From Macrostomum hystrix (taxonomy: Eukaryota; Animalia; Platyhelminthes): a DNA stretch of 64,000 nt. The position numbers and the translations under genes are program-made. This document shows, one piece after another, positions 24,465-35,584 of the stretch. The notes under the pieces are model-generated. The model was not told the origin of the DNA. It ran no database searches and saw only the letters and a program-made list of their open reading frames with translations. Within the stretch, counting starts at the first letter, position 1. Every line of letters begins with the position of its first letter. The stretch is taken from positions 3,100,001 through 3,164,000 of the forward strand of contig CATNEN010000011.1 in assembly GCA_950097015.1 (NCBI GenBank), read 5' to 3'.

Positions 24465-24740
24465 GATTACATCTGTCCCGATGGGATCATATGTGCAGCC
24501 GACAGCACAGACGCAGCTATTGTGCGTACAATGGTCTTCAGTCCATGGACTGGGGGGACGCCACACCCAATTAGCCCAGCTAATGCGGGTAACCATTTAA
24601 AAGCTGGGTGAGCTAAAATCAAGAAATACATGGCTCAAGTGGCTTGCTAAATATAATGACTCAAATTTTTCCATGGAGTCGGGAATCGAACCCCGGTCTT
24701 CAAGTCGCGAGTCAGACACTCTAACCACTAGACTACAACT
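24465..24740 (-). mobile_element. SINE family 1 copy, inverted and tail-to-tail with 24125-24430
   Basis: Reverse complement has tagtctagtggttagagtg...ggttcgattcccgactcc and the shared body. Confidence 0.7.
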
Positions 24741-24879
24741 TACGCTTGAATTTGAATTTTGCTCTTAAATTTTTAAAAAAGTTCATAGACAAACGCATTT
24801 TCGTCTCCCCTATTAAATAACAAATTGTAATACACAAGCTTAGCCACAGAACAAGTGTGGTGTATACAAGAAATAGCCA

Positions 24880-25440
24880 AGGAAAATCAGCCACTTCTAT
24901 TACACGTTTAAGAAAGATTTCGCCAGCGAAAATTACCTAACAATAATCTCTAACCCAGAACAAAGGCGCACAATGTTCTGATTTTGTCTAGGAAACCACA
25001 AACTGGCCTGTGAGACATTGCAGAAATAAATACATAGAGAAAGTGGCAGGAACTGTTCAAAATTTTTAAAGCCTAACAGCTGATGACAAAATTGTGTATT
25101 TAATGACACAGGAAAGCACAGAATTAACAGAAAGTTTTGTGGAATTCATAGAAAGCATACTTAAAGCTAGATAAAAAAGCCACTGCCCTGAGGCCCATAG
25201 CGATTTTATTTCACTGTTTTTATTTTCTCTTTAAATTTAAATATTTCATTTTTTTGCTTCAATGTCTTTGTTTACAAATTTCAAATATTTTATTCACCTA
25301 AAATTAATCTTATGCATGCTACTGTTTTTTTGTCGTCGTTTTTAATATAATCGTGCAGCCTTGTAACCAACATCAAATAAACAAAAAAATCAGCGCCCAA
25401 TTTGACGTGCGCACTTCAATAACAATACAAGAAATAACAA
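24880..25440 (+). mobile_element. Internally deleted LINE 3' fragment, same family as 46170-47316
   Basis: Near-identical blocks (cacttctattacacgtttaagaaagattt..., gctgatgacaaaattgtgtattt...). Confidence 0.8.
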
Positions 25441-25892
25441 ATAAAAATAAATGCCTGCGACCGTTCAATAGGAGGGAACGGGTGGACAAGGATGCTTAAA
25501 GTGAGAATTATGTGAAACAAAAATAGATGGCTTAGAATAGAATAGAATAAAATAGAATATAAATCGCCATTCTATTCTTTCCTCCTTGTTCTTGACTGAA
25601 GCTAAGCTATAAGCTCTGCCTCTTATTAATTATAATAAGATTATGTGCTTGAAATAGTTTTCTGAACACCGCAAACTTCTAAAAATAAACTATAAGCGGG
25701 AATATTTGTTTGAGATGTACATGAGATGTACATGTATTCAACAGTCCTAACTGCCAATTAGAACTCTGCTGATTTTATGCTACTTCCTGTCCTGTTCTCG
25801 TGTTATATACAACTAGAAACAGCTAGCAAACATTTATTCTGTCTGATATAGTTTCGAAATCATTCGTCAATTTAACAAGCTAATAAGCAACA

Positions 25893-28800
25893 ATGATTCG
25901 TTACTCAATACCCATTGCAATATTGGTACTTCTTTTGACGATGCGATCAATCAGAGTGACGGGTAAGTTACTTTGTAAAATACTGTGAAGTTTATAAACT
26001 GGACTACTTTAGAGCAAACTGATCTTTTAGCAAGCTGCTACAATGCTGATATCTACGATTCATCCGGCTCGGTGGCATGTCCCGCGAATGCCAACGAATA
26101 TCAAAACAACATGGACGTTCAATGGGTGCTTCATGCGAGTGGGGTAAAATTAATCAAATTTCAAAGTTTTGTTACAGAAGCATGCTGTGACAAGGTTTCC
26201 ATCTATGAGACGACATCTGCAACATATATAAATGAGAAGTTCCGGCTGTCTGGTTCAGGCGAGAGCGTGCTGACCTCGGAGTTCTGGATTCCAGGACCAG
26301 CTGTAGTTCGCTTCAAAACTGATGGTTCAGTAACAGCGTCTGGATTTCGATTTACCTTTGAAACTAACTATTCATCTAATATTTCAGGTAAAAGAATGAA
26401 TTTATTTTATTATATTTGTGACTGCTCAAAAATCCTGATACCCTTCTGCACTACCCCTCCCGTTAGTTGCCACTGAACTGATCCGACACAGCACCGGCCA
26501 ACGTAGCAGCCACCTGAACTTCGGTTCCGACACATATCCAGACAACTACAGATTGGCTAGAAGCATACAGTGTCCGCCAGACGGCATCATTAGCATTCGA
26601 TTTTTGGCATTCATTACTGAGTCCTGCTGCGATCATCTGAAAATCTTTCCAGGATTATTTTCTTATAGCGGGAGCGAAGTTTTGTATCAATACTCTGGAA
26701 ATCGCTCTGAAATTCCTGATCTTCATTTGCCCTACAGTGTCACGCTAATGTTTTCTACCGATGGATCTGCTGTATATAGCGGATTCAAATTTGATTTTAG
26801 CGTCGACAAAATAGGTAAGCTCTCAGAAAAACTTACTTTCATCTGCGGATTATCGGATTTGCATTTAGGGTTAATATTAATTTTCTTATCGTACTTGTTT
26901 GATCATTAGAGAATTTAAGAACAAATCAGTATTAAATTTAGTTCATTGATTCTCTGTGATTTGAACTCGGTGCAGAAACCAGCTGGTTTTCAATGCTACA
27001 ACCACTGGCTAAAACTAACTTTGCATTACTATAAACATAAAATATTATGCAGGCGCGTAGCTATACACGAGCTTGTAGTTAATAGATCATAACACGAGAA
27101 TATTTAAATATTTAAAGAAGGCTTATCACTTACTTTGCTTTCGAAAATGATGTTAAATGTTCCTACTTATTTAGAAGCGGTCAATTTTAAGGCATAAGAA
27201 ACCTCAAGGTTCTGGTTTAAGAAAATACACCTTTATGGAACAAATCTCTTTCTCTAACGCTTCGCAGATACTTTACTGCACAGCTGGAATGGCATGGCGT
27301 CCGGTGGCTCGTTCTCTATCAGATTACCGAGTAAACTTGCTTCACCTATCGCCAGCTGCAAATTGCGGAATTCGTGCCTGAAACAGAGCATCGATGTGGC
27401 TGTAATGAAAATCAAGAAACCTATACAATATTAAAAAGTGTGACATGATTAACTCCGACTAAATCTCTCTCTCACTCTCCCTTTCAGCCAACAAACAAAA
27501 CCCTGTCTTCCGCGGTGGAAGTTTTTTTATTTGAGCTCTGGAAGGCACCAGAGATTTCACCGCCCTACTGCATCACTTCAGTTTCTTGCACTGTTCGCTC
27601 GGCATCCTTTTCTGCGGCTCTTGTCGAACGAAATTTCGGCTCCATTGTCTGTGAGTTTATATTAGTACTAAACCTGAAATTAATGTCAACAAAAATATGT
27701 TAAGATGCTATAAAACAGGCAGTAAAATAAAACATTTTCATAGCCAATCCACAATCAGTCGGCATTGAATTCATCAACCCGGAACTCTGGTCTCAGAGTG
27801 GACTCATTCAGTTCTATGCAACATCGCAGCCCGCGTGTCCAATTGTACGGTATCGATGCGAGCTTAGATCAACCAATGGAGAAGTTTCGCGAGCACTGCA
27901 GATCAGCTCAGTAAGCGATCATTAAACTGATTTTCATGAAACTGACCAACCAAAATGGTAAATTGGAGCGTTGGAGAAATGTGTCCTGTTTAGGGACATC
28001 AATTTCAATAGGGCAGAGATTGGAACTCGCGATGCTTCAATTAAACCATTGGAGGCGCTCTGTTCACTGGGCTGAAATTTCTCTTTGACCATACAAATGA
28101 TGCCAAGTTTTTCGTAGTATGACTATATGAGCAAGTAAAAAGACATATTTAGGTTATTTTCTTTAAGAAATTCCAGAACGCTTGCAAAACATGATGCTTT
28201 GTCTTAACAATACTGTAAATATTTAGCTCGATCACCATCGAACCTACTCCACAGACAACTCAACATTCAACTATACTATAAATATAACTATACTAAGATT
28301 TCGATTATAACTATAGGATACTAGGCCCGGCATCAGATGGTGTTCAGTGAAAACCTTGTTTCGGTTAGCCGTGCCTTTAAGGACAGCTGCTATTCCAACA
28401 GCTATTGTGGCGTGTCTGAAGCTGGATCGTAGCTATGATTTTAAATCCATAATCCTAGATGGTAAGCTTTTGAATTAAATAGAATGGAAAATGTTCTGAA
28501 TTCGGAATGTTTAGAATGAAAATTCTGAATTTTAACTCTAGATCAACGAATCACTTGGAATTTCACCAATTGGACGGGCGTTGCGTCGTCGGGATCGTTC
28601 AGTGTCACAGTCGACCCCGGGATGGGCATCGGCTCTGTTCGATGCAGCGTAAAGAACGAATGCGGCGAATACCTTCCCATCCGCAGCTTTAAACTGGTTT
28701 CCAAGAGAAACGAGGCGGTCTTTAATTCTGACCCAACAGCGGCTCCTGAAAGTTGTGTTTCCGAGGTCTTGTGCAAGTTTTCAGCACCGAACGGTTGGAC

Positions 28801-31231
28801 TCGGGACAGTTCTGTTAGAAATCTGACTGGTGAGGGATAAAGCATTATTCGTTCGTTGAGTTCAAGCCTTGTTTCCATGTACATTCTAATCGTTTATAGT
28901 AACTCCTAACATACGACTAGAAATTTCAGTATTAACCGTACCGCTGAGGTATTTCAAATACCCACTGCCTACTTCACGATACCTCCCCTACCAAATGACC
29001 GATTTTGAATCAGTGAAAGTCCGTTATTTAAATCAAAATCTTCTGACCTTTACGATGAACTAACTTTTGAAGCCATAGGAGTTAGCAAAGTTGAGATATT
29101 CAGCGTCGAAGACCCTGGTGGCAAGGACTTATAAGATTGCCCTGTATAATCAATCATCTTTGACGTATTGGTTAAAAAGTGTATAAATTAACAATATAAC
29201 TTATAGAATATAGTCAACAATAATGGCCGAGATACAAGCATCCTTGTAATTACATGATAAGATTATTAAGCAGAAAATGTTTTCCTGTATTGGTGGGTTT
29301 TGCCACCATACAATCCGAACATAATCGTTGAATATCTTGACGATGCTGATGCTTTGTGATTCTGGAAGTTGTCTCATCGGATAAAGCGGTAAAATTTCGA
29401 CCGTATTATTGACTTTTATGGCGATTGGTTGAATATTTTATGGGATACAGAAAAAATGCGCGTATTTGAAATGCCGCCGTTGTCTTTCTAACATACATGA
29501 AAGTCGTGTTTTTTCTATAAACGCCTTTAGGTAAAACGCGAAGAGCTTTTTACTAAATCTTCGTGTTTTTTCCAAACAAATTTTTAGCTCAACCAAGAGC
29601 TGTCACGATTAGTTTGATCGATGAAGCCTCTTGGTCCCCATCGGGATTTCGAACTTTTGTTGCTATATCCGACAATGTCTGCCCAACAGTGCAGCACTAC
29701 TGCGAGATTTCGTCTTCTAATGAAAGTTCTCAGCCTACGGATGTCATCAGCATTGTGAGCGCAATTTATCGTTGCTGCTGCTCAGTTGTATTTTTTCGTC
29801 AAAGTTAACTTATTACAAATTCAAGTTTTCTTAATTTTTTCAAATACTTTCGATCAGTTTTGCTAATGGGAAATAGTGCTATAGGCCTAATTTCTTTGCA
29901 ATGTCTTTATACCAATGATACCACCAAAGTTGTTAAAAGCCCTTTATTGATCTCACTGCTGCTGTCTCAATTTTAGTAGATGTTTAAACTGGCGGTCCTT
30001 AAATGGGCCGTTTAACTCTTCAATCTGGTAGCGTATGTATTGCACGAGCGGTAATTAGGCAACTGTATGCGTTTCCAGTCAATTAGGCGTCCCCGAGATT
30101 AGAGTTTAGCAGTTCCCCTTTTGTAATATTATTGGTATAAATCTGAGTATAATTCTTAGTACGATTCTTAGTAAAGTTCTTAGTATTGGTTCTTAGTATA
30201 GTTCTTAGTATAGTTCTTAGTATGGTTCTTAGAATGGTTCTTAAAATAGTTCTTAGAATGGTTCTGAGTATGTTTCTCAATATTCTCGTTTCTTAAAATA
30301 AATAACGCAATATAGTTCTTTCACAAGGCACTCATTTTATATCTTGAACAAACCCTTGCATTTCTAGCGAAGAATTCCGGCAAATTCTTCCTGTGGGACA
30401 GCAAGCTACAAACTGCGAACTATATTTTCGGTGCCAAAGAACGTCACAGTTCTTGAGAACTCTTATATTAAATGCGAAAAAACTGGCGGCGAGTTCGAAG
30501 TACAGCTGCTAAAAAGTGATGGTAATTGAAACACTTAAAACTTCCTTGTTTATCATTTTTTGCTGGAGGGCGCAGGTATATTTGCAGGTATTGGCACATC
30601 ATAGGTGAAAAAAGACCTGCAGCCAGCGAGGAGGCAATTCTGCCTATTTCGCTGGCTCCTGAGCACACACGCACACAGATATACGTACACATGCACACAT
30701 ACACAGGTATGACTTTTTCATCGTCAGACAGTGTACTTGTTAGTCCCTCACTGTGCCTTGCTAGAGGTTGGCCCTCAAGGGCGTGCATTGCACGACAAGC
30801 TGCGCCCAAGCTTTCTCTCCGCGGCTGCGCCCAAATGAATGCGGCCTCACCGCGGATTTTCAGCCCGCAGACACGCAGAGCGACTTGAAAAAATACACAG
30901 TGGTCAACGAAGCTTGCTGTTGCCTCTTTCAATCACTGGCTTCAGCTTGTTCACTGCTGTCACATCAGTCCTGGTGGTTGTGACCCTAGTCAGACGACGT
31001 CGTGCCAACACTGCAGCTGCGGTGTCATATCACAGTGGTAACAAAGCAACTGGTGGAAAAACTTCTGGTAGGGCAGTAGAGGCGAATTGTCTTCGCGCAC
31101 AGAATGAATTGGTAGGAATAACATTATTTTCATTAAAACAAAGCATTTTTTAACGATTTAAATTTCGTTCTAAAAAATGAAACGTTAATTTTTAGTACGT
31201 CTGCGACAGTTTGGAGGTCTACGTTGCGTGA
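25893..31231 (+). CDS. G4: SP-CUB-CUB-Y-X-Y-X-TM type I membrane protein (~758 aa)
   Basis: Exons 25893-25962 (SP MIRYSIPIAILVLLLTMRSIRVT), 26031-26387 (CUB1), 26467-26814 (CUB2), 27268-27401+27488-27650 (Y1), 27744-27910+28317-28461 (X1), 28542-28829 (Y2, single exon), 29588-29754+30368-30521 (X2), 30864-31111 (TM LLLPLSITGFSLFTAVTSVLVVVTLV, then RRRR), 31196-31231 (YVCDSLEVYVA*). Phase-consistent and open. Confidence 0.85.
30175..30270. repeat. 12-bp tandem repeat (tagttcttagta variants) in a G4 intron
   Basis: Direct inspection. Confidence 0.8.
30575..30785 (-). mobile_element. SINE family 2 body in a G4 intron
   Basis: gacctgcagccagcgaggaggcaattc..tcctgagcacacacgcacacagat shared with the other copies. 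Confidence 0.65.
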
Positions 31232-31439
31232 CGACGCCATCTTACAAGCATACAAACCGGAATTGTTTAAAGCTAAAATAATTGCTCTTATTACACAAGC
31301 ATGCACCTTAATCCAAAATGTTTCTATAAAAAAGTGTGCACATTTACTCATTATTATAAGAAAAGTTTGTAAGTAGTTTTATGTTTTGTATTATCACTAT
31401 TTAAATTACTCGATCGTATCAATATGAATAAATTGGAGA

Positions 31440-31790
31440 AGCAGCCTAGTGGGGTACCGCATGATCGGACTGATGAATCGATAACTGCACTGGGGGTTCG
31501 ATTCCCGATTCCACTGAAAATTACTGTATTCTTTAGTATAAAACACTTTTAACTCTGCATTGCTTCAGTTCACCCAGCTGTTAAGTGAATACCTGGAACT
31601 ACTAAATACTGAGTATATATATTAAAGTCCATGATGGATACCAGCTGGTAAATGGATAACTGATTGTAACAAAGAGTCCCCATACGAATTCCTGTAGTGA
31701 ACACGCAGTCGTATGCAGCCTTCAGATATGCCGCGCAATATCCGTGACTGGGCCTGCAGTTGTAATCAGTTATTATTAGCATTATTAATA
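31440..31790 (+). mobile_element. SINE family 1 copy
   Basis: B-box ggggttcgattccc and CORE-like ttaactctgcattgcttcagttcacccagctgttaa. Confidence 0.65.
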
Positions 31791-32675
31791 TTCAATAATA
31801 CTTTTGTATGTAGTCTTTTAAATCGCGTAGCTCTATAAATTACTGCCCATTTCCGGGCTTCGATCCTGTACTTCAATTTCAAAGTGTAGAACGTGTATAT
31901 CATGCTTCGTTTCTTTGTTTAAATCACTATACAGCATTTATTCAGTGCAAAATTGGAGTACTACGAAATTAACGTAATATTTTGCGCGTTTATGTGAATG
32001 CGGCTTAAGACAGATTTTTTTATTAGCTTTCTGCACTCGAGTGCCTTCATGGGGAGCCTTCATATAAGAATACGATTTACTGCAGACCACACGATCCGCG
32101 AAATGTATATCAATTTTACCTTGGCCCGGCTTGGCGTGGGTGACTTTTAGCAAAAAAACACGTGTCTAAAAATAAGTATTGAATAATAACACGGGGAGAT
32201 AGTAGGGAAAACAAGCTGACACTACACAGTAGCCCTTATTTTAGGCATGCGTCATGCTAAGGGTTTGCAAATGCCAATTTTTTTTGCAGCAAATATGTGA
32301 TTCAGATTTTGAGCACCTCTAGAGCGCAGTTTAACACTGCAAAAGAAAAAATTTGCTAAGGAAAAATTAGCAGATAAAATATGTGTCGAATCTTTAATGT
32401 GTTGTCATACATTTTACATGAAAACTCAACAAGCAACTCCATTGAATTAATTGGCAGTTATTAGCCAATAGTGGAGTTCCCATGCATGACAGTCATGCAT
32501 GACTGTGACCGTATACTTGATCATGAAATGAAATGTAATAATAAATGAAATTTGACATGAAATTTTATACACATCTTGACGCATGTCTCTGCTACACAAT
32601 GACACCTCAGACACACAAATTAGTCAAGTATTTTTCAGAAAGTACTCATTTAACGCGTGCTTTCTCTGCTTCTTT

Positions 32676-35487
32676 GACTGACATGTCCGTAGCCGCCTTC
32701 CAGCCGCACCGAAATTTTAAATGAGTGCCCCAGGTGTAATTTTAATAAAAATAAATCACACATGCTCTTAATTTATTGCCCCAAAACATGTTTCGCATGG
32801 TCGATGCTGTTTCTATGAAAATCTGACAGTGAAAGTTGGCTTTAGGGCGGCTGAAGGGCGGCTGGAAGGGGGCTAGAGAATATCGCTCTGTATTGGCGCA
32901 GTAAAATTGTGCCCCAAATGGAAAAAAATTTGAATGAAGTCTTAACTTTAATATGCACAATAAACTTTGGTTGATTGGCTTTTATTTATTAGAGAAGTGT
33001 GACCTTTAGTTTGAAATTCAGCATTCCAATAGGTAAAAGCGTGCCCCAACCATTTTCTTGACTAACGGCTAATGCCCCAATGCGGTAAAAAGAAGCAGGG
33101 TCAAAATTTTACTGTATATGTAAATTTCTGTACATGCCCCACAATTTCCAAATGAGTGGCGAAGTGAAATAACTTGATTGTCACTCAGACACCAGTCATT
33201 ACGACTTACAGTTGAGATTACGACTTTGCAATCGTAAAAAATAAATTCTAACTTGTTGCAAAGCTTGAGCAACGTGCTCGATCTGATGCAGACCTATATG
33301 GCTATATGTCACGTTTTAATTTTAGTTTTCCTAGTTTCTAGTTTTCAGGTTTTAATACCAGTTTTCACCGACAAGTTTTTAAACTTATCAGAATGTAACT
33401 GCCCCACAGACTGTTTAATTGGCAGCAAAAATTAAGAGCTCTTAGTCTTAGTCTTGTTACAAATATATAATTTATATCACTCATGCATAATTTATATCAC
33501 TCATGCAGGTCATGGACCAATACTAATAGACTAATGGACCAATTCATAAATTACTATCAATGTGACAATGCCCATGTTGATAGATATGTAATTGTATGTG
33601 TCCTTTAGAAATATTAAAAACTGGCATGACAATTGTCACTTTAAGATTGTAATCAAATCACTCAATATATTATATAATCTATATCTATGCCTATGTATAT
33701 TAACACTCAGTAATAATAATATTTCAAACAATAATAGCTAGCTATGGGCATGGCTATATATACAGAATTCTACATATGCACCTTCTTATGAATTATGTCA
33801 GGACATATGACTCGAATTTATTCAGGATATGATGCATGCAACTAGAGGAGCTTTATATTAAATCCAACTTTATTGTCACTTTTCTAAACAATTAACAAAG
33901 TAATAATAATACTAGGCCTAATAGCTAGACTAGCTATTGATATTAAAAAATACAAAAGTCTAGTAGCTATTTACAATCTATTTTCTATTTTCTATTTCTA
34001 TTCTATTTACAAGTTAGGCCTTGATGCCTTACAAGCTAAGTATTACCATTAGCTTCGATATAGTTAGAACGCTTCTCTTTTACTCATTCCTAGCTAACTA
34101 ACTTGGAAAAAATAAGTTCAATAGGCAAAACTTTTAGTCTTTTTTTAATTAATATACATATTGCTATGGCACATTTTTAATACACTTGTTTGAGTTACAG
34201 GTCTGGAATGTAATATATTCTTTAAATCAATAACAAAAATAATTGTATCAATCTCCAAATTATATTTGATAGATAACTCATATTCACAAAATCTGTCTCT
34301 GTGTATAATATACACTCAACATCAAGTGCTTCCATGTTAGTTTCACTCGTGCCTTTTAAGTTTTATATCTCAGTAATGTATATCATATAAACATGATAAT
34401 TCATGTTTTTCAAGTTTCTTCTCAATATCTGCTACTTCCACTCATGTCCTTTCATATCTGAGTAATGTATATCATATAAACATGATAATTCATGTTTTTC
34501 AAGTTTCTTGTCAATATCTGCTAGTTCCACTCATGTCCTTTCATATCTGAGTAATGTATATCATATAAACATGATAATTCATGTTTTTCAAGTTTCTTCT
34601 TAATATCTGCTAGTTCCACTCATGTCCTTTCATATCTGAGTAATGTATATCATATAAACATGATAATTCATGTTTTTCAAGTTTCTTCTCAATATCTGCT
34701 ACTTCCACTCATGTCCTTTCACATCTGAGTAATGTATATCATATAAACATGATAATTCATGTTTTTCAAGTTTCTTGTCAATATCTGCTAGTTCCACTCA
34801 TGTCCTTTCATATCTGAGTAATGTATATCATATAAACATGATAATTCATGTTTTTCAAGTTTCTTCTCAATATCTGCTACTTCCACTCATGTCCTTTCAT
34901 ATCTGAGTAATGTATATCATATAAACATGATAATTCATGTTTTTCAAGTTTCATCTCAATATCTGCTACTTCCACTCATGTCCTTTCATATCTGAGTAAT
35001 GTATATCATATAAACATGATAATTCATGTTTTTCAAGTTTCCTCTTAATATCTGCTAGTTCCACTCATGTCCTTTCATATCTGAGTAATGTATATCATAT
35101 AAACATGATAATTCATGTTTTTCAAGTTTCTTCTCAATATCTGCTACTTCCACTCATGTCCTTTCATATCTGAGTAATGTATATCATATAAACATGATAA
35201 TTCATGTTTTTCAAGTTTCTTCTCAATATCTGCTACTTCCACTCATGTCCTTTCATATCTGAGTAATGTATATCATATAAACATGATAATTCATGTTTTT
35301 CAAGTTTCTTCTCAATATCTGCTACTTCCACTCATGTCCTTTCACATCTGAGTAATGTATATCATATAAACATGAAAATTCATGTTTTTCAAGTTTCTTC
35401 TTAATATCTGCTAGTTCCACTCATGTCCTTTCATATCTGAGTAATGTATATCATATAAACATGATAATTCATGTTTTTCAAGTTTCT
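32676..35487 (+). repeat. Left inverted arm: ~1.69 kb unique sequence plus 89-bp tandem array
   Basis: Begins gactgacatgtccgtagccgcc; the reverse complement ends at 44295. Confidence 0.92.
34366..35487 (+). repeat. 89-bp tandem array, ~12.6 copies, each with palindrome AAACATGA-taat-TCATGTTT
   Basis: Unit starts spaced by 89 (34460, 34549 ... 35439). Confidence 0.95.
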
Positions 35488-35584
35488 ATGATGTGTATCA
35501 TATTAGCACTCAAGGATGCAAACAAAGCCTCTATGATTATTGCATTTCAGGCCTTTCAAGTGATTGTCGATATTGTCACTTACC

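Noticed and set aside
2883-31231. ITIM/ITAM motifs in the receptor tails
   Set aside because: The tyrosines do not fit [ILVS]xYxx[LVI] or YxxL-x6-8-YxxL.
33069-33435. Small ORFs mirrored at 43536-44229
   Set aside because: Chance ORFs in AT-rich inverted arms; useful only as evidence of arm identity.
34366-35487. Regular arrays (89 bp; also 29 bp at 15.8-17.7 kb and 15 bp at 11.5-11.9 kb) as CRISPR
   Set aside because: Units are head-to-tail with no unique spacers, there are no cas genes, and the context is eukaryotic.
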